Below are positions 53,801-62,670 of a stretch of 64,000 nt of DNA, piece by piece. Below the pieces are notes generated by a model. That model was not told the DNA's origin and made no database searches. It saw nothing but the letters and a program-made list of their open reading frames with translations. Each line of letters starts with the position of its first letter. Position 1 is the first letter of the stretch. Source of the DNA: Patescibacteria group bacterium (lineage in GTDB: Bacteria > Patescibacteriota > Patescibacteriia > UBA9934); assembly GCA_041660165.1 (NCBI GenBank), contig JBAZWW010000003.1:4352-68351 (forward strand), in the 5' to 3' direction. Made by a program: the position numbers and the translations under genes.

Positions 53801-54208
53801 CTACAGAAGGTCAGCGTGGCTGACGTGCTTCAGGATGGCCTGACGGGTTTCAGCGTACGTAGGGTTGTCCTCGTCGATCCCATCGTCCGGCACCTTGCGC
53901 CACAGCTCTGCGAGCGTCTGCTTCACGAGCTGGTCGGCGAGCTCCTGGGCGCGCTCGAGCTCTGCGGGATCGGCCCCGGCCTTCAGTTCACCCTCCACGC
54001 TGTAGAAGCATTGGAGATGAACGTCTCGGCAGGCCGAGACCACGTACCGCAGATACCGAGCGGTGATGCTGTCGCTCCGTTGGATGTTCTGGAGGAAGTG
54101 TTCCTTGAGTCCGTTCAGGACCTCTTCCGGCGTCCCCCTCAAATTCGAGGCCAAGAGGGTGTAGCCCTCACTCGCCATGATTCGCCTGACAGTCAAATAG
54201 GGTTCCAT
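53801..54208 (-). CDS. Hypothetical protein (GC-rich)
   Basis: ORF 53801..54250, likely starting at MEPYLTVRR.... It is preferred over the Arg-rich antisense ORF 53774..54403, which would run through tRNA-Cys. Confidence 0.35.
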   Translation of the reverse strand: MEPYLTVRRIMASEGYTLLASNLRGTPEEVLNGLKEHFLQNIQRSDSITARYLRYVVSACRDVHLQCFYSVEGELKAGADPAELERAQELADQLVKQTLAELWRKVPDDGIDEDNPTYAETRQAILKHVSHADLL

Positions 54209-54283
54209 GACACAGCCTCCCGTGAATGTGGCCGGGGGATGTTTTATCACAAAAACACAAAACCCCCAAATCTGGGGGTTTCA

Positions 54284-54359
54284 TGGAGGCCGCGGCCGGG
54301 GTTGAACCGGCGCATAAGAGTTTTGCAGACTCCCGCGTTAACCACTTCGCCACGCGGCC
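54284..54359 (-). tRNA. tRNA-Cys (anticodon GCA)
   Basis: Reverse complement is GGCCGCGTGGCGAAGTGGTTAACGCGGGAGTCTGCAAAACTCTTATGCGCCGGTTCAACCCCGGCCGCGGCCTCCA. Anticodon loop CTGCAAA, U73 discriminator typical of Cys, encoded CCA. Confidence 0.8.
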
Positions 54360-54408
54360 ATGCTGAGCTATTTTACGGCATTCGACTGAAAATGCAAGGC
54401 TAACCCGC

Positions 54409-54777
54409 TCACTTCATCGCTTTGATCAATGCTTTGTCGAAGGTAATCACATCGTGTTCCTTGGAGAGGAGCAGAAGGAAGACGTCGACGAACGAAAGTT
54501 TTTTGTGAGTTATCTGTCTGGACAGAGAGCAGGTTGCGGAAAAAGTGTCTTTTCCAGCATAAAGTAGTTCGACATCACCCCCCGTCACTACTTCGAGAAA
54601 ACGATCGGCAGTAATTTTTCCGGCTCGCTGTGTCAATACATTGCATACCTCAACTGCAATGTATTCTGGCAAGAGGATTGGACGTTTAGCCTTTTGTTCG
54701 ACACTTTTGGCCTTTGCATGAAGTGAATCGTTCGCATTCAAAAGCGCAACCCAAACATTTGCATCAAAGACCACCAT
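54409..54777 (-). CDS. vapC: PIN-domain toxin (VapC-like)
   Basis: MVVFDANVWVALLNANDSLHAKA... with conserved acidic residues of the PIN fold; 122 aa. Confidence 0.65.
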   Translation of the reverse strand: MVVFDANVWVALLNANDSLHAKAKSVEQKAKRPILLPEYIAVEVCNVLTQRAGKITADRFLEVVTGGDVELLYAGKDTFSATCSLSRQITHKKLSFVDVFLLLLSKEHDVITFDKALIKAMK

Positions 54778-54779
54778 AA

Positions 54780-55010
54780 TTAACTGTACAGAATTTTATC
54801 GATGTCTCTGCTCAAGTGCTTATCGCCTTTATAAATGCCTACGAGATCAGCAATTTTGTATGTTTTCGGTTCGACTGCCTCAGGCTCGGCAATACTGAAC
54901 AGCGGTCTGGCATGACGGACAACGATATATCTCTGGCCACGCTTCACTGCGGCTCCTATTGCCGGCATGTTCTGGTGAAGTTCTCGAACAGTGATAGTTT
55001 TAACGTTCAT
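54780..55010 (-). CDS. Antitoxin (Phd/YefM- or VapB-like)
   Basis: 76 aa. TITVRELHQNMPAIGAAVKRGQRYIVVRHARPLFSI resembles Phd/YefM antitoxins. It sits 2 nt upstream of vapC. Confidence 0.5.
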   Translation of the reverse strand: MNVKTITVRELHQNMPAIGAAVKRGQRYIVVRHARPLFSIAEPEAVEPKTYKIADLVGIYKGDKHLSRDIDKILYS

Positions 55011-55097
55011 AATTGTTTAACAAGTGTTTAACAATATTCTACCACTCCGATCGTTGTCGTCAAGAAATATGCGGTAGACAGAGCTCGCGGTATAATC

Positions 55098-56897
55098 ATG
55101 GAAGATATGCCGAAACAGGAGGAGAAGTTCGGCTGGCGGGGAGTGTGGGGCATGCTGGCCCCATCTTTCCGTGGAACCGGCATGTTTTATGCTGGCGTTT
55201 TGTTGTTGATCATCATCGCCGCTGCAGGCCAGGTAGCCGAGCCGTTGATCTACGGAAAAATTATTGACGGCATCGTTTCTGGCATTTCGAATCACACTCT
55301 CTCGACGCTCTCAACCGATCTCTTAGTTTTTATTATCGCTTGGGCTGGCGCTACATTGCTCGGCAGCGCGGCGAAGGAATTAAGTCAGTGGCTGAGCTAC
55401 AAAGCTGGCAATAAAATTTGGGAGCAGTTTTCTGAATCCGCCTTGAAACGTATTTTGAGCTGGGATCCTGAACGTTTTGGTCGAGTATCCCTCGGCTCGC
55501 TCGCGAAACGGTTAGACCGCGCGGGCGAGGCCTCTTGGGAGCTTGGCGCTCGTACATTAGTAGACATCGTGCCGACGATTGTCACCTTTGCCGTCTTCTT
55601 CATTGTGGGCATGGTGCTTGATTGGCGCATGACGCTGGTCTCACTCGCCACCATTCCGATCCTGTTATTACTAACTATTGTTGCCTATCAATGGGCTGAT
55701 AAACGGCAGGACGAATTGAACGAGGCCTGGGAAGACGTCTCGCGCAAACTGTACGAGATAGTAGCAAACATCGTGCCAATCAAATCCTTTGTCGCCGAGC
55801 GTCGAATGCTCCGCGAGTACACGCATCTGATTGACATCGGCCTGGCCAGACAAACTCGCCTAAACACAGTTTGGACTACGCTCGACTTTTTGAATACAGG
55901 GACGAGGTTTCTCGCGCGTCTCTTCACCCTCGGCGCTGGCGTGTATTTCATTTCTCAGGGTTCGCTGACACTTGGCACGCTGATCACCTTTCTTGGCATG
56001 ATGGCCTTCATTCTGGCGCCGTTTGATTATCTGCTGGCCGACATCCTGCGGAGAACGAGCGAAACAAAGAACGCTTTTGTCAGGCTTGCCGATGACTGGC
56101 ACGCTGAGATTAAAGTGGCCGAGGTGGAGAAGCCCAAACATTTGCGCGAACTAAAGGGCGAGTTAGTTTTTGAGAAGATTTCTTACCGCTACAAGGGCTC
56201 GCAAAATGACGTTCTCTCAAATATTACGCTTCACGTTCCTGCCGGCACGTCTCTAGCGATCGTCGGTCCGTCCGGCGGAGGCAAGAGCACGCTGGTTCGT
56301 TTGATCAATCGTTTTCTCGACCCAACCGCTGGCTCGCTTTTTCTTGATGGCATCAACGTGAAGGAGGCTGATATCGAGGAATTACGCCGATCAGTCGGCG
56401 TGGTGCATCAAGATACCGTCATGTTCAACGAAAGTATTCTCGAAAATATTAAATTCGCCAAACCTTCCGCCACCAAAGACGAAATTATCTCGGCTGCCAA
56501 AAAAGCGCAGGCGCACGAATTCATTGTCAGAATGAAGGACGATTATGAAACCCTTGTTGGCGAACGCGGAGCCAAGCTGTCCGGCGGTGAGCGCCAGCGT
56601 TTAGCGCTTGCTCGCGTCTTCCTGGCCGACCCGCCAATCCTAATCCTTGACGAATCTACAAGCGCCCTTGATTCAGAAACTGAGGCTCGCCTGCAGGTTG
56701 CTCTTCGTTCCGCCATGAAGGGCCGGACCACGATCATCATCGCCCACAGACTTTCGACTGTTTATATGGCCGAGCAAATCGCCGTCATTGAGCAAGGCAA
56801 ACTCGTCGAACTCGGCACGCATGATGAACTCCTCGCGGAAGGAGGGTTGTACGAGAAATTGTGGCGGTTACAGAGCGGGGGATACTTGCCGGGGTAA
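55098..56897 (+). CDS. ABC transporter, fused permease/ATP-binding protein (exporter type)
   Basis: 599 aa with six TM helices. Walker A GPSGGGKST. ABC signature LSGGERQR. Walker B ILILDEST. H-loop IIAHRLST. Confidence 0.85.
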   Translation: MEDMPKQEEKFGWRGVWGMLAPSFRGTGMFYAGVLLLIIIAAAGQVAEPLIYGKIIDGIVSGISNHTLSTLSTDLLVFIIAWAGATLLGSAAKELSQWLSYKAGNKIWEQFSESALKRILSWDPERFGRVSLGSLAKRLDRAGEASWELGARTLVDIVPTIVTFAVFFIVGMVLDWRMTLVSLATIPILLLLTIVAYQWADKRQDELNEAWEDVSRKLYEIVANIVPIKSFVAERRMLREYTHLIDIGLARQTRLNTVWTTLDFLNTGTRFLARLFTLGAGVYFISQGSLTLGTLITFLGMMAFILAPFDYLLADILRRTSETKNAFVRLADDWHAEIKVAEVEKPKHLRELKGELVFEKISYRYKGSQNDVLSNITLHVPAGTSLAIVGPSGGGKSTLVRLINRFLDPTAGSLFLDGINVKEADIEELRRSVGVVHQDTVMFNESILENIKFAKPSATKDEIISAAKKAQAHEFIVRMKDDYETLVGERGAKLSGGERQRLALARVFLADPPILILDESTSALDSETEARLQVALRSAMKGRTTIIIAHRLSTVYMAEQIAVIEQGKLVELGTHDELLAEGGLYEKLWRLQSGGYLPG

Positions 56898-56966
56898 CTA
56901 TCGGCTAGACTTTTTATTAGTTTTATTGTACGATCACCCGTCCGAAATCTGCAGACCGGAGGGGAA

Positions 56967-57737
56967 ATGGACAAGAAAAAGGGACGCGAGGACCGGAGTG
57001 ACTATCGCGGGTGGGTCATGGTACTGACGATTGTGCTTGGGCTCCTTGGGGTGCTGGTGCTTCCGAGTATCCCCACCGGTTCGGCCCTGGACATGAAGGC
57101 CATCCACATGGAGACGGGCAAGCCGTCAATTGCACCCGCAACACCCGGGTTCGTTCTCACCGTCGGGGCCATGAGCGACTCTCTGCGCGTCTCCGAAGAG
57201 AAACGGTACAGGGCGTTTGTGTTCCAGACGCTAATGCCACTCGCAACGGAAATCGCGGAAAGCTACCCGATCGAGGGGCTCCGCGATGAGTTCCGCCCAG
57301 TCTTCGAACAGACGCTTGTGACGGAGGTCATGAGCGGGGCCATGAATCCGAATGTCTTCGCTCAGTGCGTGGGCCCCGGAAACGGCTATGGCCAAATCGA
57401 GATCTTCCTGCCAAAGGCGGAGCTCGAATACAGCCGGCTGGACAGGGAAACATTTAAGGACATGTTCTTGACGGTTTTCCTGCACGAACACCGGCACTTC
57501 GTGACCTCTGGTTGTAGGCAGGACGCGCCGTTTAAGGAGGCGTTCATCAACGAGTCCGAAACGTGGTGGTGGATGTGCGAACACCTCCTTGTGCCGATGC
57601 GGGCCAACGGTCGCCTGGCCGGTTTGCGGTCGCCACATACGTTCCTGACCGCGCTCGTTGCTTACGACGCGTCTCATGGGGACATCACTTCTCCGAAGTG
57701 GACCGCCTTTGCAGACGAGCATCTGCAGGTTCACTAG
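56967..57737 (+). CDS. Membrane-anchored hypothetical protein with HExxH motif (putative metallopeptidase)
   Basis: N-terminal TM (WVMVLTIVLGLLGVLVL). FLHEHRHFV contains HEHRH. GC about 58%; no further family assignment. Confidence 0.4.
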   Translation: MDKKKGREDRSDYRGWVMVLTIVLGLLGVLVLPSIPTGSALDMKAIHMETGKPSIAPATPGFVLTVGAMSDSLRVSEEKRYRAFVFQTLMPLATEIAESYPIEGLRDEFRPVFEQTLVTEVMSGAMNPNVFAQCVGPGNGYGQIEIFLPKAELEYSRLDRETFKDMFLTVFLHEHRHFVTSGCRQDAPFKEAFINESETWWWMCEHLLVPMRANGRLAGLRSPHTFLTALVAYDASHGDITSPKWTAFADEHLQVH

Positions 57738-57756
57738 CTCGGGGCGGAATCGAAAA

Positions 57757-57793
57757 GGAGTCGCGAACGCCGCGGCTCCTTCTTTGTATTTTT
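57757..57793 (+). terminator. Rho-independent terminator
   Basis: GGAGTCGCGaacgCCGCGGCTCCTTCTTTGTATTTTT. Confidence 0.45.
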
Positions 57794-57828
57794 GACCCCC
57801 ACAAGTACGAATGATAGGATAAGGACAT

Positions 57829-58032
57829 ATGGTTTCACTTGCAGTAAAATTGCAGCAGAAGGAAGCGAAGACTTTACATTTGGAGATTGACCGTCCGCGG
57901 TTTGAGCGGTTGGCAGGCATTTTTGGATTTTTTGGCCAAGGATTTTTGCGGAGTATTGATCGGGCAGAGGATGATATTCGTGCTGGTCGAATTACTAAGT
58001 TGAGTTCTTTGAAGGATTTACGAAAAAGTTAG
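57829..58032 (+). CDS. Putative antitoxin of RelE/ParE pair
   Basis: 67-aa ORF immediately upstream of a RelE/ParE-family toxin gene. Confidence 0.4.
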   Translation: MVSLAVKLQQKEAKTLHLEIDRPRFERLAGIFGFFGQGFLRSIDRAEDDIRAGRITKLSSLKDLRKS

Positions 58033-58049
58033 CGCTTCCAGAGGTTTTC

Positions 58050-58313
58050 TTGACCGATGAATTCACTCGCCGTTATAGCGAATTGCCTTTAAGCATTCAA
58101 AAGAAAGCAGAACTTCGAGAAGAGATTTTTCGACAGAATCCGTTTCACCCCTCTCTCCACACCGAAAAGTTGAATCCGCGGAAAAAGGAGATTTGGAGTT
58201 TTAGAATAGACTATAGCTATCGCATTCTTTTTCGTTTCGCCGAAAACAATGCAATTTATTTTCTCTCTGTCGGTCCGCACAGCTGGATTTACCGTTACAT
58301 GAACAGAATATAA
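58050..58313 (+). CDS. RelE/ParE-family toxin
   Basis: LSIQKKAELREEIFRQNPFHPSLHTEKLNPRKKEIWSFRIDYSYRILFRF...IYFLSVGPHSWIY fits the RelE/ParE (HigB/StbE-like) pattern; 87 aa. Confidence 0.65.
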   Translation: MTDEFTRRYSELPLSIQKKAELREEIFRQNPFHPSLHTEKLNPRKKEIWSFRIDYSYRILFRFAENNAIYFLSVGPHSWIYRYMNRI

Positions 58314-58370
58314 AAGACCATCGAGACGTTTCGATGGTCTTTTTCTGATAGCTTATACGGTTTGTATGAT

Positions 58371-58781
58371 TTACCCCTCGACCAAAATGCGTACAATATT
58401 CGCCAGATCCATGCTGGCCAAGTTCTTCGGCACCGTTTCGCTGATGTGTTTGAGAACGTCAGTGTGCATGTGCGTAGCGAAGTGAGATTTGTTTACTTCA
58501 GGGACGCAGGCAATGATGGTGGCGTAACCGTCGTGATCGACGAGCTCAAGCAGGCGTTTTGAAAGCGCGCTATACAGTTCCTTGAGACGGTGAAGTTTCA
58601 TCTGATCAAGATCCGTGTACATTTCTGTCACGCGGTCAGTTTCGGCCGTTTCAGGGGTTTCAATGACCTCGAGTTCATCAACTTCACGGCCTTCGGCTAC
58701 GAACAGCCGAGCCTTTTCATTATTGGTAACCGCGATCAGGGTCTTTTTCTCAAACGGACTGTAATGGTCTGAGATGTGCAT
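58371..58781 (-). CDS. Host-attachment-protein family (PF10116-like) protein
   Basis: 136 aa. KTLIAVTNNEKARLFVAEG...HRLKELYSALSKRLLELVDHDGYATIIACVPEVNKSHFATHMHTDVLKHISETVPKNLASMDLANI resembles the 'protein required for attachment to host cells' family. Confidence 0.45.
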   Translation of the reverse strand: MHISDHYSPFEKKTLIAVTNNEKARLFVAEGREVDELEVIETPETAETDRVTEMYTDLDQMKLHRLKELYSALSKRLLELVDHDGYATIIACVPEVNKSHFATHMHTDVLKHISETVPKNLASMDLANIVRILVEG

Positions 58782-58839
58782 ATTGGTTAAAGCTTAACAC
58801 GGAAAGGCTATAGGTGGTAGGTGGGGTATACTTTTAGGC

Positions 58840-59838
58840 ATGTCCATCCTGCATCGCCTCACAAAAGTCCGGGCGCCTGAATTTCCGAAAGGAATGACGT
58901 GGCTGAACTCAAAATCGCTCAAACTCGCTGACCTGAAGGGGAAAGTGGTGCTGATTGATTTTTGGACGTTTTCTTGCGTGAACTGCCAACGCACGCTACC
59001 GCATGTCACGAGGTGGCATAGAACCTATAAGGATCTCGGCCTGGTTATCATTGGCGTTCACTCGCCGGAGTTTGCGTTTGAGAAAGATGAGGATAACGTG
59101 AAGATAGCGGTGACTGAGGCGGGGATCGAGTACCCGGTAGTGCTCGACCCTGACTTTGCCATTTGGAAGCTGTACGCGAATAAGTACTGGCCCCAAAAAT
59201 ACCTCGTGAACAGATCGGGCTACATTGTTTACGACCATGCGGGCGAGGGTGACTACGCGCAGACGGAGATGGAGATTCAAAAGGCGCTGAGCGAGCTTGG
59301 TCCCGTAGACTTGCCGGCCATTGGCCCGGATGATTCCGTGGGCGGAAGCGTTTGCTATAGGACTACGCCTGAAACGTATCTTGGCTATCTCCGCGGACGG
59401 ATTGGCAACATGGCCGAAATTTTGCCGGACGTTGAAGAGGCGTTTACGGATAAGGGCGAGCACCATGACGACGTTCCGTATCTTCATGGCCATTTCAAGG
59501 TGGGTGCAGAGTATGTCGAGCATTCCCGAGCGCTCCCCTCGGCCAACGAATATCTATCGCTCAAGTACAGCGCCTTCTCTGTGAATCTCGTGATGGGCAC
59601 TTCAGACAGTAAGACTGCCGTGCTCGAAATCGAGCTGGACGGCAAACCGCTTCCCAAGGATATGGCCGGCGCGGATGTTCGAGTGATGAAAGACGGCCGA
59701 GCTGAAATAATTATCAAAGACGCACGCATGTATCAGTTGGTGAGCGCGAAGGTGTATCACCGCGGGACGCTGAAATTGAAAACCGGGAGCGGAAATTTGC
59801 GGATGTATGCGTTTACGTTTGGCGGGTGTGTCGAGTGA
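58840..59838 (+). CDS. Thioredoxin-fold (redoxin/TlpA-like) protein with about 200-aa C-terminal extension
   Basis: GKVVLIDFWTFSCVNCQRTLPHV (CxxC) ... VIIGVHSPEF ... YWPQKYLVNRSGYIV are typical of TlpA/ResA-like oxidoreductases. 332 aa. Confidence 0.6.
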   Translation: MSILHRLTKVRAPEFPKGMTWLNSKSLKLADLKGKVVLIDFWTFSCVNCQRTLPHVTRWHRTYKDLGLVIIGVHSPEFAFEKDEDNVKIAVTEAGIEYPVVLDPDFAIWKLYANKYWPQKYLVNRSGYIVYDHAGEGDYAQTEMEIQKALSELGPVDLPAIGPDDSVGGSVCYRTTPETYLGYLRGRIGNMAEILPDVEEAFTDKGEHHDDVPYLHGHFKVGAEYVEHSRALPSANEYLSLKYSAFSVNLVMGTSDSKTAVLEIELDGKPLPKDMAGADVRVMKDGRAEIIIKDARMYQLVSAKVYHRGTLKLKTGSGNLRMYAFTFGGCVE

Positions 59839-59921
59839 CCCATTGATCGAGCGTTCATCCTGATGAGCCCCGGAGGGCGACCGGGGGGGGGTGGTCGCCG
59901 CCTTCCCAGGCGGTTCATCTT

Positions 59922-61082
59922 TTGCTAATCTTGTATCTCTCTATGTACCTCGACTACGCCTCAGCCACCCCCGTTCGCAAGGAAGCGCTCAAAGTCATGC
60001 TTCCGTACTTTTCGAAATCATTCGGGAATCCGTCGAGCATTCACAAGATGGGAATTGAGGCCAAGTGGGCGATTGAAGACGCTCGCCGTCACGTGGCCGA
60101 ACTGGTTGGTGCGCGACCGGACTCGGTCGTCTTCACGAGCGGAGCGACTGAGTCCATCAACCTCGCGCTTTTTGGCGCGCTGAAAGCGCATCGAGGGACT
60201 GGCCGTCACGTCGTCGTCTCTGCCGTTGAGCACAAGGCCACGCTCGAGGCGCTCAAGAACGAGGGCTTTGAGGTGTCGATTGTGCCCGTTGATCGTGGCG
60301 GGCTCGTCAAGGTTGAAGATGTTATGGCCGTTGTCCGGCCAGACACGGTTGTAGTTTCAATCATGGCCGTCAACAATGAGGTTGGCACGGTCAATCCGAT
60401 CAATGAGATTGGCCGAGAAATTTTGCGCTTGAAGAAACCAAGGCCCGGCCTTCCTCCGCCCAAGACCCCGCTTTTTCACGTTGACGCCGCGCAAGCTGTG
60501 CAATATCTCGATCTTTTTGTCGAGCGCAACCACATTGATCTCTTGAGTTTCGGTTCTGCAAAGATTGGTGGTCCCAAGGGCGTTGGCGCACTCGTCATAT
60601 CGCCGAACGCCAGGATCGAGCCCATGCTATTCGGGGGCAATCAGGAGCATGGACTCCGAGCTGGCACGGAAAACGTTCCCGGCATTGTGGGCTTTGGCAA
60701 GGCGTCCGAGTTGGTACTCGCCGAACGTGAGAAGGAGGCAAAAAGACTCGGCGGTCTGCGCAGAATGTTCATTCGCGAACTTCATCGAGAAATTCCTGGT
60801 GCTATCGTCAATGGTGATCCAAAACTCGTCGCTCCCCATATCGTTAACGTGCAAATCCCCGGTAAAGATTCCGAAGAAATTGTTCTCAGGCTCGACGCCA
60901 AGGACATTTTCATCTCCTCGGCCAGCGCCTGCACGAATCCGAGCGCTCGCAGTCATGTCCTTCGAGCAATGGGCTACTCTGAGGACGAAATCAGGTCGAG
61001 TGTTAGAATATCCTTTGGACATGGGACGAAACGGACAGATGTGTTTGGACTCATTACGGCATTGACCGAAGTATCCCGCTAA
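59922..61082 (+). CDS. Cysteine desulfurase (IscS/NifS family, PLP-dependent)
   Basis: YLDYASATPV...FTSGATESINLA...SFGSAKIGGPKGVGALV (PLP-Lys)...SSASACT (active-site Cys). 386 aa. Confidence 0.85.
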   Translation: MLILYLSMYLDYASATPVRKEALKVMLPYFSKSFGNPSSIHKMGIEAKWAIEDARRHVAELVGARPDSVVFTSGATESINLALFGALKAHRGTGRHVVVSAVEHKATLEALKNEGFEVSIVPVDRGGLVKVEDVMAVVRPDTVVVSIMAVNNEVGTVNPINEIGREILRLKKPRPGLPPPKTPLFHVDAAQAVQYLDLFVERNHIDLLSFGSAKIGGPKGVGALVISPNARIEPMLFGGNQEHGLRAGTENVPGIVGFGKASELVLAEREKEAKRLGGLRRMFIRELHREIPGAIVNGDPKLVAPHIVNVQIPGKDSEEIVLRLDAKDIFISSASACTNPSARSHVLRAMGYSEDEIRSSVRISFGHGTKRTDVFGLITALTEVSR

Positions 61083-61100
61083 ACGTATCCTTTCCCCCGT

Positions 61101-61367
61101 ATGAAACTTCGCATCATTGTAGACCCCGATCTTTGCATCGGCGCAGCTAGTTGTGTGACGGTAGCCCCGGATTCATTTGTGATGAACCCGGAAAATAAGG
61201 CTGAAGTGCTTGACGCTGGACGCTCGCCTGAAGGGCCGAAGTATGAGAGAACGGTTGAGGTTTCTGAGGCTGAGAAGGAGAACTTAATCGTGGCTGCCCA
61301 GTCCTGCCCAACGCTGGCGATCTCCATTTTTGATGAAGTCGGCACACAGTTGTATCCCACGAGCTAG
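61101..61367 (+). CDS. Ferredoxin (single-cluster, Fd-I-like)
   Basis: IIVDPDLCIGAASCVTVAPDSF...AAQSCP gives a Cx2..Cx..C...CP ligand pattern; 88 aa. Confidence 0.65.
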   Translation: MKLRIIVDPDLCIGAASCVTVAPDSFVMNPENKAEVLDAGRSPEGPKYERTVEVSEAEKENLIVAAQSCPTLAISIFDEVGTQLYPTS

Positions 61368-61378
61368 AGATTCATAAT

Positions 61379-61467
61379 GGTTCTCCATCCTGAGCCATGC
61401 GAAGGATCCGACTTTCCCTGCGAGACGCCGGGAGGGGCGGACCCTTCGCTCTCGCTCAGGGTGGGAT
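61379..61467. repeat. Long palindromic intergenic repeat (type 3)
   Basis: GGTTCTCCATCCTGAGCCATGCGAAGGATCCGAC...GGACCCTTCGCTCTCGCTCAGGGTGGGAT. Confidence 0.65.
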
Positions 61468-61494
61468 AGGGGGCATTGGCATAGATACATACAC

Positions 61495-62670
61495 ATGAAA
61501 AACATCATTATCATCGGCGGAGGAATAGCCGGCACCACAGCGGCCGATGAAATTCGGGCGCGCGATAAGGAATGCTCGATTACTATTTTAGATGCAGAAG
61601 TGCATCCGTGTTATTCGCGCGTTCTGTTAACGCACTACGTGAAAGGCGTGGTGGGCCGGGAGAAGGTTTTTTTGAAGCAGCCACAGTGGTATTACGATAA
61701 GAATATTGAGGTCATGCTGGGCGTGCGCGCAGAGGAAATCAATTTGAAAAATAAGTTTGTACGCACAAGTGAGGGCCGAGAATTGCCGTATGACGAATTG
61801 CTCGTCACTACCGGCACGGAAATTGATCTGCTGAATGATGACCGCCGGGGCGTCTCTTATTTGAACACGCTTGATGATGCGGACGCGCTGATTTCGCTCA
61901 TTGGTGAACTAAAAACTCGCCCAACTGCTGACCGGCGGGCGTTTATTTATGGCGGGGGATTTATTGCCCTTGAGTACGCGAACATTTTTTCCCATCACGG
62001 GATTCCATTCGGCATAGCTATGCGGGGCAAGGGTTTTTGGTCGAAGGTTCTGTCTCCGGCTAGCCAGCAGGTGCTCGCTCGTCACGCCGAAAAGAATAAT
62101 GTGCCAATGTATTTGAATGAACCGTCTATTGAGTTGCTTGGCGATGAAGAGCTGATGGGCGTGCGTTTGGCGTCAGGCAAGGATATTCCCTGCGGGATTC
62201 TTGGCGTAGGGATTGGCCACAGGGCAAATGAGAAAGTGGTCATAGATGCCGGTATCCCTACGAATCATGGCATTCTGGCGAACGAATATCTCGAAACAAG
62301 CGTGGAACATGTGTATACTGCAGGTGATGCGGCTGAGTTTGACGATACGATCATTGGCCGGCGCATTCGCTACGGCAACTGGACAAACGCCTTGATGCAG
62401 GGCCGGACAGTAGCTAAAACTATCTGTGGCGAGCGGACGGCCAGCCGTTTTGTGCCGGCCTTTTCTATCGCCTTTCTGGACATGCAGATTGTGTTCATTG
62501 GCGATACGGCGCGGGAATTTGCTGATGAAATTCGGCAGACCGTGGCAGAGACGGACAAGGCATGTGAGCTGTTTTTGCGGGGGGGCAAGCTGGTTGGCGC
62601 GGTTCTGATCGGGGACATTGCTTCGAGAGCAATCCTCACCAAGAATATTGGTCAAACCTATGGTGCTTGA
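61495..62670 (+). CDS. FAD/NAD(P)-dependent pyridine nucleotide-disulfide oxidoreductase (ferredoxin/rubredoxin reductase-like)
   Basis: MKNIIIIGGGIAGTTAA (FAD GxGxxG) ... AFIYGGGFIALEYA (NAD GxGxxA) ... YTAGDAAEF. 391 aa. Located downstream of the ferredoxin gene. Confidence 0.7.
   Translation: MKNIIIIGGGIAGTTAADEIRARDKECSITILDAEVHPCYSRVLLTHYVKGVVGREKVFLKQPQWYYDKNIEVMLGVRAEEINLKNKFVRTSEGRELPYDELLVTTGTEIDLLNDDRRGVSYLNTLDDADALISLIGELKTRPTADRRAFIYGGGFIALEYANIFSHHGIPFGIAMRGKGFWSKVLSPASQQVLARHAEKNNVPMYLNEPSIELLGDEELMGVRLASGKDIPCGILGVGIGHRANEKVVIDAGIPTNHGILANEYLETSVEHVYTAGDAAEFDDTIIGRRIRYGNWTNALMQGRTVAKTICGERTASRFVPAFSIAFLDMQIVFIGDTAREFADEIRQTVAETDKACELFLRGGKLVGAVLIGDIASRAILTKNIGQTYGA

Noticed and set aside
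53774-54403. 209-aa plus-strand ORF
   Set aside because: It would read through the tRNA-Cys gene and is Arg/Leu-rich antisense-like. The minus-strand ORF and the tRNA explain the region.
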